A stretch of 64,000 nt of DNA, from positions 23,312,001 through 23,376,000 of the forward strand of contig OX597822.1 of the NCBI GenBank assembly GCA_951406725.2. The letters are read 5' to 3'. The stretch is from Octopus vulgaris (taxonomy: Eukaryota). The notes beneath the pieces were generated by a model. The model was not told the origin of the DNA, ran no database searches, and saw only the letters and a program-made list of their open reading frames with translations. The first letter of the stretch is position 1; every line of letters begins with the position of its first letter. The translations under genes and the position numbers were made by a program. This document shows positions 11,810 to 24,947 of this stretch, piece by piece.

Positions 11810-12020
11810 TACTCTTTACTCTCTTTACTCTTTTACTTGTTTCAGACTGTGGCCATGCTGGAGCACCGCCTTTTAGTCGAGCAAAACGACCCCAGGACTT
11901 AGTCATTGTAAGCCTAGTACTTATTCTATCGGTCTCTTTCGCCGAACCGCTAAGTTACGGGGACGTAAACACACCAGCATCGGTTGTCAAGCGATAGTGG
12001 GGGGAACAAACACAGACACA

Positions 12021-12078
<58 letters not shown>

Positions 12079-12641
12079 AATTCAAAATAATAAGGGGGAA
12101 AAATTGAATATTAATTTGATTAATATCAATTTAAAACCAGTGGTCTAGCATGTTTAAAAATCTGAAGTTTCAGAAAAAAATTATATTACATACATATAAA
12201 AGGGATGACCTGTAAGTGGACATCCATTATGCTAGAAGAAGATCCGCTATGGTCTTACTAGTAAGAAAGGAATGTTCTCAAGAAAAATTTAGCAAACGCC
12301 AGAACGTAAGCGAGCAAGACATATGAAAAGATACAAAATATAGATTAATCACAAACTATGGTTTCGTTGTTAATGTTTACATAATCATTTACGTAATCAT
12401 CCGCAAACTCGTCAGTGTGATCGTCTTAGCAACTATGATTTTCAGAACTATACACGAGACGTCCACATGAGATATATACAACGGGCTTCTTTCAGTTTCC
12501 GTCTACCAAATCTACTCACAAGGCTTTGGTCGGCCCGAGGCTGTAGTAGAAGACACTTGTCCAAGGTGCCACGCAGTGGGACTGAACCCGGAACCATGTG
12601 AATGGTAAACAAGTTACTTACCACACAGCCACTCCTACGCC
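11810..12641 (-). mobile_element. SINE family A with about 390 bp inserted in its internal microsatellite
   Basis: Tail 11810-12075 and head 12475-12641 are colinear halves of family A. Confidence 0.85.
12348..12421 (-). ncRNA. Type I hammerhead ribozyme-like motif, canonical core
   Basis: Minus strand: atcaca-CTGACGA-gtt...aac-GAAA-c(cata)g-T-T-tgtgat; 6-bp stem I, GUU cleavage triplet. Confidence 0.8.
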
Positions 12642-12669
12642 TATTGTGTATGCCTATTATATTTGTGGA

Positions 12670-12888
12670 AAGCCGTGGAGCTAGTAGAATCGTTAGCATG
12701 CTGGACAAGATGCTTAGTGGCATTTCGTCCGTCTTAACGTTCTGATTTCAAATTCCGCCGAGGTTGACTTTGCTTTTCATCCTTTTCGGGGTCGATGAAA
12801 TAAGTACAAGTTGAGCACTGGGATCTATGTAATTCACTAACTCCCTCCACCAAAAATTTCGGGCCTTGTGCCTCTAGTAGAAAGGATT
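12670..12888 (+). mobile_element. SINE family B
   Basis: gagctagtagaatcgttagcatgc head and ttccgccgaggttgactttgc core. Confidence 0.85.
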
Positions 12889-13172
12889 ATATTTGTGAAA
12901 AGTATAACGATTAAACACTTCATTTACTAATTCGGTAAGGGCTTTTATGTTGCTCAAATTTGAGATCTCGAATGAACCCTAGGAAAATGAAGGTTTTTCT
13001 GCTTCCGCTTTACTCATGTCGATATAACAGTACCAGCGGGAAAGAACATATTTGTGTAAAGCATTCAAAACGATAAAACACACATACACATACACGTCGC
13101 GCACGCACACATATACACACTCGTCACGCACGCGCACAAGCACACGTACACACACACAAACACATATACACG

Positions 13173-13208
<36 letters not shown>

Positions 13209-13889
13209 AAAGACCAAGAATAAGTTCTTTAAACTACAGAATAAAACTGTTGATCTTAGAATACAATTATTCCATTTTTATGGAAAGCTCAATGAAATTG
13301 GTAGAAATACGATTCCTATTTATCAAAAAAAATAAAAAATATAAAAATAAAACTAACGATAAACAAACAGAAAAAGTATATAACATTGTGGTACATCGGA
13401 ATCTTGTTCTGTAAGAGAAATATACCCCTAACCCATTCCACCCAACAGCGATGTTGCTGTTTTCGTTATCTTTATTGTTGTTGTTATGATTAGTGTTGAT
13501 TGGTTTGTTTTTTGAAGATCGATAATCTAGCCGTGTGTCGCTGCTAGCGATAATAAATCGTAATAGGACTTGTGCTTGACGTTCATCTGCATTAGCATAT
13601 ATCTGTATATATATATTTTCTTTTTGCGTTGCTTGCATCGTCTCTTATTCATATGTACATTTGTAAAGAGGAAAAAAGCAAACTACGGCTTATCTACTCA
13701 CCGTTGTAAAAACATCATATGCAATAAAAACTATAAATCAGACTAATTTGAAAATCTTGATGTGATAGCTTAGAAAGACATCAGGAAAATGCCAGATAAA
13801 AGACGTATTTTTTTTCTGAATGCTGAGGAGAGTTATACTCTATTGAACTGGCACAGATAAAATAAATAACAGTAATATCCACTTATGGC

Positions 13890-14500
13890 TATACTTGGGG
13901 ACGGTCATATTTTGCCATTAAACACACGCATTGTATGTTTGATCTTTACTCCAGCTTTTGGCAGAATCGTGGCATTTCGTCCGTCTTGGCGTTCTAAGCT
14001 TGAATGCCGCCTGTCATCCTTTCGGGTTCGATAAAATAAGTATCAGTACTGGGGTCGATTTAATCGACTTACCCCATCCCTCGACATTGCTGGCCTCGTG
14101 CTAAAATCCGAAATCATCATTATTGTTACTATTATTATCTTTATTATTATTGTTGTTGCTGTTTCTTTGTTAAAGTTCTTTCGTCACATTCTGTGACCTC
14201 TTCAGTGACTATCTCCTTTTGTCCAGCTTAGACAGAAAGACAGAATGGACTAAGCTGAACAAGAGGAAACATGTGGGATGAAGAGACGCTAAGAGGTCAC
14301 ATGATGTGTAACGAAAGAGTTTTGACAAAAAGAAACAAAACAAAAAACAATAATAATTATTATTATTATAAAACTGGAGTAAAGACCAAACATATAGTGC
14401 GTATGTTTAATTGGCAAAAGATGACCATCTCGAAATATAAAAATATTTATTTCAACACACGATTTCACACCAAGAATCTTGCAAAACAAATACATAAACG
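13890..14500. mobile_element. Second copy of the 3145-3508 family: inverted arms, two opposed hammerhead motifs, SINE B inserted
   Basis: Arms 13890-13954 / 14374-14437 are reverse complements; 14374-14500 aligns with 3377-3508. Confidence 0.65.
14170..14209 (-). ncRNA. Minimal type I hammerhead-like motif
   Basis: Minus strand: gtca-CTGAAGA-g-gtcac(agaat)gtgac-GAAA-g(aa)c-T-T-taac; one stem I mismatch. Confidence 0.7.
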
Positions 14501-15886
14501 TATCGGATATTTGTTTCTGTGCTCTGATTTCAAATCTCACCAAGCCAAACTTTACCATTCATTTTTTTCAGGAAGAAGGGTGTTGGTGGAATTGTTAGAG
14601 CGTTAGACAAAAAGCTTTGCGGTTTTTCTTTCGACTCTTCATATCTCGAGTTCAAATCCTATCCCGGGACATTCTTCCAGGGACAATAAACCAAAGTATT
14701 TTTCTAGGGTGGTTGACAGAGTGGTATAAGTTTTAGAGCATTGGACAAAATACCTTGCGGTATTTGTTCCATCCCTTTACGTTCTGAGTTGAAAGATGGG
14801 TGTAAACGTTAGCGAGTTGGATATGATACTTTGCAGTATCTGTTATGTCTTCATGCGTTCTGAGTTCGAATTCTTCACCCGATTGTTGTATCATCAAAAG
14901 CAAGGTTTTTATGTGGAGCAATGACAACGATGCCAACGTAAGAATCCCACTGAAAAAAAAAGAAGATTGCTTATAGAACTTGAACATTGATTCGGGAACA
15001 GAGTGTTCAGGGGTGCAAGAGCCCCCCTCCACTCCCCCAAATTAGTGGTGGTGGTGAGGGTGATGGTGGTGGTTGTGATAGTGGTGGTGGTAGTGGTGGT
15101 GATAGTGGTGGTGGTGGTGGTGGTGGTGGTGGTGATAGTGGTGGTGGTAGTGGTGGTGGTGGTGGTGGTGATGATGGTGGAAGTGAAAATGCTTTAGACA
15201 TCCTCTTGAAAAACTTCTTCACCAAAATGAACGAGCGTAGAAATATTTTTTGACTGGTTTGAAACAATACCTTTCCATTATTGGATTTATCTGATTTTAT
15301 TCATGTATAAATATAATGATAATAATAATTATTATTATTATCATACCCGTGTTTGTTCTGATATTAAGATTGAAAAAAATCGAACTTGTTTATAAAAGAT
15401 TTTAGGCTCGGTTTACCCCGCCCCACTAGCAAATCTCGTTCCCACACTTATGAACTCTCCAAAACGGACTGACTTAAATTCATTAAAAAAAGAAAAGACC
15501 GTGCATCAGGAAGATTTATATCTGTCTTTAATATATTCTTATTTAATCAATAAAGAGTCCAGGTTTTCCCGAGGACGTCATCGTTCTTGCCCCCACACTA
15601 ACCCTCTGTAGAACGCCATAGTTGAATATCTACCAACCGTGTTGCCCGACTGGCAGAAGGTGTGAGCATCTGACAGCACTCAAGGCGCTAGGCACCTTGC
15701 TTCGGTCTATACTTGATCTAGGACTGCAGCTCTGTCATAAAGACTAGCCGTATGAAAGCATGTCTAACAAACGGTGGCCACAGCTAACAGCGAATAGTAG
15801 TATCAACAGCAAGGACGTAAAAAGCACAACAGGAATACCAACAAGAACCACTGCAATAACAAAAGAATATGATGTTTAAAAAATGG

Positions 15887-16313
15887 GGATCTTTTCGGTT
15901 TGAATGACAGTTTTTCTAGCGGTGTCATATGAAATTGTCACTCATAATTATGTCCCTAGTATCGATCTATTGCATTTCAATCTGTTTTAGGGTTAGGGTT
16001 AGGGTTAGGGTTAGGGGTGGGGGGAAGGGTATCTTTTTTTCTTCAGAAATGTAAATAAACCCAATCTGTTTCTTAAACGAGGGACATATTCATACGGCGC
16101 ACAATGTTTTCACCTCAATAGACGTCATTAATTGGTTGAAATTGCAGAAATTGAAGAAAAAAAACAACAAATATCTTACAAACTATAGAATTTTCTCAAT
16201 AAAGCCAAGAGAAAAAGATGTTTTATAAACACATTCTACCAGTATACGAAGTTTAAAAGTGTTTAGTTACGTGGAAATTATTTTTAAAAACTGCCGTTCA
16301 AACCGAAAAGATC
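15887..16313 (+). mobile_element. MULE-like MITE with internal (TTAGGG)n
   Basis: TIRs ggatcttttcggtttgaa / ttcaaaccgaaaagatc; 8-bp TSD aaaaatgg at 15879-15886 and 16314-16321. Confidence 0.85.
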
Positions 16314-16934
16314 AAAAATGGTTTACAGGGATGTTACACGACATTTTGAATGGTTTCGATGAAAATACTCACGGAGTGTGGCAACAAATCTCCCACATTT
16401 TACAGATTGACAAACGTTTCAACAAGAAAAACATAATGTGATTCAGTTCAAATTATGATGATGACGAACGAAAAAGAAACGGCAAAACATTAGCAACATG
16501 ACAATAGTATTTCTATCTGTCTAGCTTCACTAACGTCATATCAACTGCAGTGTAAAATATGGGAGGTTTTTCTGCCGAAGCCCGTAAAAACAAAACAAAC
16601 AAATGAACAAACAAAAACAAAACAGTAAAGTTATTTAAAACGTTTTGAGATCAGAGCAAGAAATTAGAATGAAAAAACATTTTCAATTGCTTCCCATAAG
16701 GAAAAGTTCTACAGGATCTGGCAGTCGTTGTTATAAGACGAGTCCTTTCATTCGATTGGTTTTATAAATAACATTCAACGTATCAAATTGCTAAATGATT
16801 CGTCATATGTAAGTTAATTTTATGAACGCGTTGACCTCTGATGCACACATATTACGTTTTGAAGTATACACTTATTTTTAATATAATATATATAGCAAAT
16901 ATGATTATATATCCATGAGAATAAATAAATAAAC

Positions 16935-17456
<522 letters not shown>

Positions 17457-17821
17457 GGCCCACTTCTATCATTATCAATTCATGTGATTGTGACTTTGAA
17501 GTTTGTTATTTATTAAGGATTGCTAATGACATGGAAAATCTTTTAGCTCATAGAGTTGTTTGCTGCGCAGCACAATAAACATGATTAATATTTTATAGAT
17601 GCATATAAAATTTATTTCATAATGTCGGACGTTGTATTTTGAACAAGATATGAGCTGCCGTTTACGTTGAAGTCCAAATGAAATTTTTTTCTCTTTCGAA
17701 TTTCAGTTGAATTCAATTTTGCTTCGAGGAGTTATGTAATAGTGGTATGTTTGTATATGTATATATGTATATATATATATGTATATATGTATATAGATGT
17801 ATATATATATTTATATATGTA

Positions 17822-17869
<48 letters not shown>

Positions 17870-17925
17870 AACAAGGAGAGAAAGAAGGAGAGAAGAAAAT
17901 GCGTGTAGGAGCTAACGATCTATCA

Positions 17926-17966
<41 letters not shown>

Positions 17967-18043
17967 ATATATATATATATATATATATATCATGATAGGA
18001 GCTAACGATCTATCATGATATATATATATATATATATATATCA

Positions 18044-18124
<81 letters not shown>

Positions 18125-18127
<3 letters not shown>

Positions 18128-18331
18128 TGATAGATCGTTAGCTCCTATATGCATTTTTTTCTCTCCTTCTTTCTCACCTTGTTTTTTTCTGTGTATCTTT
18201 CTGTCGAAGAGCGTAGGCTCGAAACGTAAAAGACTTGTTCTATTTCTATTCCTGAACGCCATACTAATACATTTGTTTGTTTGTACTCCACCTGCCTTCG
18301 TCTTTTGTTTATTTTCGTAAACCTTCCCGTT
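18125..18331 (+). mobile_element. About 200-bp hammerhead-bearing repeat inside (TA)n
   Basis: Inverted copy at 19639-19841, inverted 5' fragments at 17868-17928 and 17990-18018, 3' fragment at 26956-27003, relatives near 20000-20110 and 36135-36295. Confidence 0.8.
18196..18233 (+). ncRNA. Variant minimal hammerhead-like motif (CUGU core)
   Basis: tcttt-CTGTCGA-a-gagc(gtag)gctc-GAAA-cg-T-A-aaaga; palindromic ACGT stem III. Confidence 0.55.
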
Positions 18332-18403
18332 ATATATATATATATATATATATATTTGTAAAAAAAGAAGTTTGAAAATGCCACTATATTAGATAAATTT
18401 TAA

Positions 18404-18446
18404 TTTTACATGTTTCGGTTCTTGAAATAACGAACCTTATCAAAAA
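18404..18446 (-). ncRNA. Minimal hammerhead-like motif, U3-A8 variant
   Basis: Minus strand: ttt-TTGATAA-ggttc(gttatttcaa)gaacc-GAAA-c(at)g-T-A-aaa; palindromic ACATGT stem III; weak stem I. Confidence 0.65.
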
Positions 18447-18750
18447 GAATTTTTTTATAATAAAGAGTATAATGGAACAGTTCATAATTGTTTCATACAT
18501 TCAATAGAGTCCCCGCTATATACATTCAATAGAATCCATGTTCTTGAAAAGGCGAAAAATATATTATAAGGTGTAAGTCGTTCCTTACTGTTTTGTCAAG
18601 TGTAGTGCAGGACTTCATTATAGATTTTACCTTGTGTTCCGATGGGAGCAACAGTAGTGATTCTTGGTTGTCGACTGTTAGCGTGGACTCTATTGAATGT
18701 ATGAAACAATTATGAACTGTTCCATTATACTCTTTATTATAAAAAAATTC

Positions 18751-18793
18751 TTTTTGATAAGGTTCGTTATTTCAAGAACCGAAACAGGTAAAA
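18751..18793 (+). ncRNA. Minimal hammerhead-like motif, U3-A8 variant (second arm)
   Basis: ttt-TTGATAA-ggttc(gttatttcaa)gaacc-GAAA-c(ag)g-T-A-aaa. Confidence 0.62.
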
Positions 18794-18869
18794 TTAAAAT
18801 TTATCTAATATAGTGGCATTTTCAAACTTCTTTTTACAAATATATACCCACTCGTATACGATCTAATCT

Positions 18870-18949
<80 letters not shown>

Positions 18950-19104
18950 TTATATATATTTTTTATATTTTATCTAGTTTCAGCTAACGAGCTGTGGCCA
19001 TGCTGGGGCACATATTTACACATGCATACACGCACATAGATACATACACATATATAATTATATGCACACACACACACATATAAACACAAACGCGCATGCG
19101 TATA

Positions 19105-19150
<46 letters not shown>

Positions 19151-19256
19151 TAAACAGTAAAAATAATTACAGACATGGACAAGAAATGAAACGCCACAGA
19201 GACGACACAAGAACCACAGGACGGACATTCAAGCCCCAGTCATCAGTCAGAACCAG

Positions 19257-19295
<39 letters not shown>

Positions 19296-19769
19296 GTGAC
19301 AACAATAAGAATACAAAAACGTAAAAACAATAACGGTAAAAATAAAGTATAAAAAATAAACAACAAAACAAAACCAGGACGTAGGACAAGGGTCTTTCGA
19401 CAGGACGAATTGAGCATGGGGCTGGCTTATGAAGTTGTGCCTAATGGCCACAGGGAGACGAACAAGTATATATATATATATTCTTTTCTTCTTTTATTCA
19501 CTTATACGTTTTAGCTAAAGCTGTGGCCATGCTGGAGCACTGCCAGTACATATATATATAAGTTCATACATATACAAGTATACATATATATATTTATGTA
19601 TATATATATGTATACAAGTATACATATATATATTTATATAACGGGAAGCTTTATGAAAATAGACAAAAGACGAAGGCAGGTTTACGGAAAGAAACAAAAG
19701 ACGAAGGCAGGTGGAATACAAACAAACAATTGTATTAGTATGGCGCTCAGGAAATATAAATAAAACAAG

Positions 19770-19807
19770 TCTTTAACGTTTCGAGCCTACGCTCTTCAAC
19801 AGAAAGA
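19770..19807 (-). ncRNA. Variant minimal hammerhead-like motif (CUGU core)
   Basis: Minus strand: tcttt-CTGTTGA-a-gagc(gtag)gctc-GAAA-cg-T-T-aaaga. Confidence 0.55.
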
Positions 19808-20146
19808 TACACAGAGAAAAAACAAAGAAAGAAGGAGAGAATATATGAGAAAATAAAAATAAAACGAACGGGACAGTTTATGCGAACAAGTTCAAGGTTG
19901 AGAGTTCAAGGTTTATGTACATATATATATTTACAATATATACATACATATATATATGTATATATAGTAAATATCCCAAAAAAGAAGAAACACACAAAAA
20001 AAAAAAAAAACAACGCGAGGTCGTAGTACATGCAATGTATTAGCAGACGCTCAGGAAAGGACCGAAAGATTGTTTAACGTTTTGAGCAGACGCTCTTCTT
20101 TGGAAACTATAAGATTTTATAGTTTGTTTGAAGCATTGTATATGGA

Positions 20147-20393
<247 letters not shown>

Positions 20394-21174
20394 CATATAT
20401 ATATATGTCTATATATATATATACAAACATACACACACACACATATATATGTAAGTATATATGTGTGCACCCTCTCTATCCCTTTCTCATAAGTATGCAT
20501 GCGTAAAAACACAACCACACCACACACACACACACACACACACACACACCACATAGACACTCACGCACGCACGCACACAAATTCATCGATATTTTTAGAA
20601 TGGTGTCTTAAATCATGAACACTTTGTTTACAGAAACGTTATATTCCATATACAATGCTTCAAACAAACTATAGGAAAATACACATACACACATGCGCAC
20701 ATACATACATGCATATATACATACCCATACATCTATGTATATATAAATGTGTATGTATTTATATATATATATATACATATATATATCTTTATGAAAAATT
20801 GGGCTGTTCTGAATTTATGTTAATCAAAGTTCACAGCTGTTAGGTCATTTGACAGCGTAAATTTCTTTAGCTGTCTGTCTGTGTGTCGCTCTCTCTCTCT
20901 TTCCCTCTCACTCTTTGACTCTCTCTTCCTCAAACACACACTCTGTCTGACTCTCTCTCTCTCTCTCTCTCCATGTCGTAAAGAGAAGCTATCGACCGTG
21001 GTAAAAGTTAGTACGATGTTTCGTAAAAGAATTAGAGGTGCCCATGCGTACACATCTATATAGAAATACGCGCGCACATACTCATAGAAATGAATACATA
21101 TATACATAGATAAATTGTTAGCAAGATAGATAGCGTGTAATTGGGAGAATAATTAAAAAAATAATAAATGCGCC

Positions 21175-21375
21175 AGTTTCAATGGCGTATGCTCTCCAGC
21201 TGGGCGGGACGCCAGTCCATCGCGGCGTTACTCATTTTTGCCAGTTGAGTGGACTGGAGCAACGTGAAATGAAGTGTTTGCTCAAGAACACAACGCGTCG
21301 CCCGGTCCAAGAATCAAAACCACAATCTTACGATCATGATGCTGACACCCTAACCACTAAGCCACGCGCCTCCAC
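21175..21375 (-). mobile_element. SINE family C
   Basis: Reverse complement of the family C head (aaccactaagccacgcgcctcc; gctcaagaacacaacgcgtcg). Confidence 0.85.
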
Positions 21376-21394
21376 GGGAGAATAATTGGTGTAG

Positions 21395-21448
<54 letters not shown>

Positions 21449-21569
21449 AGAATGTACTACGCGCAACGTGATTGGACATTCGATCCAAATCCCGTGCAAT
21501 AGTCAACCAATCAGAACACTGGACTCAACAAATGTCCAAACATTCACATGATAGATATGTTGACCAATT

Positions 21570-21825
21570 AAGGCGGCGAGCTGGCAGAAACGTTAGCACG
21601 CCGGGCGAAATGCGTAGCCGTATTTCGTCTGCCGCTACGTTCTGAGTTCAAATTCCGCAGAGGTCGACTTTGCCTTTCATCCTCTCGGGGTCGATAAATT
21701 AAGTACCAGTTACGCACTGGGGTCAATATAATCGACTTAATCTGTTTGTCTGTCCTTGTTTGTCTCCTCTGTGTTTAGCCCCTTGTGGGTAGTAAAGAAA
21801 CAGGTATGTTGACCAATCACTATAG
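21570..21825 (+). mobile_element. SINE family B, near full length
   Basis: aggcggcgagctggcagaaacgttagcacgccgggcg...gtagtaaagaaa; tatgttgaccaat occurs on both sides (TSD-like). Confidence 0.9.
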
Positions 21826-22029
21826 ATTAACTTGATGCGCCTATATAAACCCAATGTCTTCGATATACCATAATAAAAATTGGTCTCGCTACAGTACCAT
21901 AAAATCAAACTATTTTGAATAAGTTCTTCGCCTTTCAGGCAGATTGAGGATGAATCGCAGGAATTTATTCTATTGCAATATGACAACTCTTTTTATATTT
22001 TTTTTAACGTATTGCTCTTCAAATGTTTT

Positions 22030-22499
<470 letters not shown>

Positions 22500-22807
22500 A
22501 CATTTTATACTGTATTTGTTTAGAAATTGTTATCTTCACACATAAAAAGTGGTCGTGTTCCATGTTTTTGTCGCTGCTTCGTGGGGAGAAAAAAAAAAGC
22601 AAAAAAGAGCACAAAAAACCCAACTGAAGTCATCTTATAACACGAGAATGAATGGGAAAGTTAATTTCGCGTCGCGGGATTCCACGTTACTAGTTTTTCA
22701 AGAACGCATTGATTCCGTAAAGCAGGAGATTCCTCTATTTGTGCATGCATGTGCTTACGTATATATTGAAGAATATATGTATGTGTGCATGTGTGGTGTG
22801 TATGTGT

Positions 22808-23097
22808 GTGGGAAGGCCTTCCGCTACGGAAATAGTCTCCATAAAAAATTCTCCTCCTAGACAACATGTGTGAAAACTCGGCTGTGAATGATGTCATTGG
22901 ATCGTAGGACGCATGCGCTTCTGCGTTCTTTCAGCTACTAACATTAAGTCTGCTCTTCACAAACCAAAAATCACGAATTCGTTCTTATATTAAATATAGC
23001 AAATATGAAATAGTAAACAGCGAAGGGTTCTCTGATCCAATGACGTAAGAGAAGAATTTTCTACCGAGACTATTTCCGCAGCGGAAAGTCCTCCCAC
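22808..23097. mobile_element. MITE with about 50-bp imperfect TIRs
   Basis: gtgggaaggccttccgctacggaaatagtctc... versus ...gagactatttccgcagcggaaagtcctcccac; inner gtcattggatc/gatccaatgac. Confidence 0.7.
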
Positions 23098-23220
23098 GTC
23101 CCTGCGTACATGAACGTGTTAAATATAACTTTGCAAGAATACACACCCATGTCTACACACACGCACGTTTGGTGATGCAAACAGGAAAAATAGAACTCAA
23201 AATATGAGTATATGTATATT

Positions 23221-23373
23221 TTTATAAATATTTAGCTGAAGTAACAGAGTGACTCAAAGGCCGAGAGTTTCAGGCGCTGGCGTTTATCAACTTCATAAGT
23301 GCCAACGCCCAAAAACTCTCGGCCCACTCTCGGCCCTTGAGTCACTCTGTTGTTTCTGCTAAATATTAATAAA
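23221..23373. repeat. About 150-bp foldback hairpin repeat
   Basis: aacagagtgactcaaaggccgagagt / actctcggcccttgagtcactctgtt with outer and inner complementary extensions; related to 44912-45042. Confidence 0.85.
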
Positions 23374-23383
23374 CTCACACACA

Positions 23384-23417
<34 letters not shown>

Positions 23418-23696
23418 ACACAAACACACACGTGTCAGAAATATTATTTACGTAGTGAAATGGAGAGGCTAACCGTCACCACCAACTTGCGGTCTAACAT
23501 AAATGATGTCTCGTCTGCTCATTTGATTTATTACAGTAAATGCAAGCCAAGTTTAATATTCCGTCGACCAGATCATGTATATCCTATTTTCAGCTCGTTC
23601 TAATTATCTATTAATTAACTTATTCATTTCGATATGAAAATTGAATTTGAACATTTGCACACGCGAATGCATTTCACTTTAGCGTTTGGGTTTTTA

Positions 23697-23802
<106 letters not shown>

Positions 23803-23852
23803 GTTGTTGTTGTTGTTGGGGGTGGTGTTGGTGTTGTTGTTGTTGTTGTTTT

Positions 23853-24422
23853 ACTTCTCAGAGCGTTCGGTCTTGTTTGTTCTGGTAGATTCTGTGAGAG
23901 CGGAGAGTAGCCTGCCGTCAGAGGTCTCACAAGACCTCTTTCCGCACACTATAATCTTTGATACTTGGTTGTTAATTATCGTAGGAGACATTCAATTTCC
24001 AAGTACCAATCTCAAAATCCTAGTTGTCTCCAGCAGAGCAGTTTTGGGGTCTTGCTCTGTTCTCATGTCAATTCCGATTTCTTTGACATATTTCTCGAAC
24101 TTGGTTGTTACTGCTCCAAGTGCCCCTACAACTACTGGAATGGCAGACACTCTCCTCATAGTCCACATTCTAGCAATTTCGTCTTTTGGTAGTCTGTACT
24201 TTTCAATATTTTCTAGCTCTTTGTCACTTATGCGTGCACCTCCAGGTATTGCAATATCCATGATCTTGGTTTCCTTTTCCCCTTATCTACCACAGCAGTA
24301 TCTAGTCTCCGAGCTTCGATTAGGGAGTCACACTGGATTGTTAAATCCCACAGTATCATATGTTTCTTGTTCTCGGTGACTCCTTCTGACTCATGTTCGT
24401 ACCATTTCCCTGCTCTGTTCAG
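23853..24422 (-). mobile_element. R4/Dong-clade LINE 3' fragment
   Basis: KWYEHESEGV...ILWDLTIQCD; DIAIPG...KELENIEKY...IPVVVGALGAV...KTALLETTRILRLVL; tail runs into (CAA)n/(TAA)n. Confidence 0.88.
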
Positions 24423-24795
24423 GCCGTTACATTCTGAGTTCAAATTCCGCCGAGGTCGACTTTGCCTTTCGTTCTTTCGAGGTCAATAAATTAAGTATCA
24501 GTGAAGCACTGGGGTCGAGGTAATCGACTTATCCCCTCCCCCAAAATGGCTGCTTTTGTGGAAAAATTTGAGACCATTAAAAGGCGGTGAACTGGCAGAA
24601 TCGTTAGCACGCCAAGCGAAATGCTTAGCGGTATTTCATTTGCCCCTTCTTTCTGTGTTGAAATTCCGCCGAGGTCGACTTTACCTTACATCCTATCGGG
24701 TTGATAAATTAAGTACTGCTGAAACACTGGGGGTCGATGTAATTGATTAGTCCCCTCCCAACAAATTTCAGGCCTTGTGCCTATAGCAGAAAGGA
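24422..24795 (+). mobile_element. Two tandem SINE family B units
   Basis: Core ttccgccgaggtcgacttt near 24445 and 24664. Confidence 0.85.
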
Positions 24796-24857
24796 TCCTT
24801 CTTCTTCTTCTTCTTCTTCTTCTTCTTCTTCTTCTTCTTCTTCTTCTTCTTCTTCTT

Positions 24858-24947
<90 letters not shown>

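Larger units (their letters stand above)
18351..18846. mobile_element. Foldback element with about 165-bp inverted arms, each carrying a hammerhead motif, inside (TA)n
   Basis: 18351-18518 is the near-perfect reverse complement of 18679-18846. Confidence 0.85.

Noticed and set aside
15640-15800. Possible HDV-like ribozyme ending in gctaacag
   Set aside because: I could not assign P1, P3 and P1.1 consistently.
15987-16030. True telomere or chromosome fusion site
   Set aside because: The TTAGGG units are internal to a dispersed MITE present in three copies.
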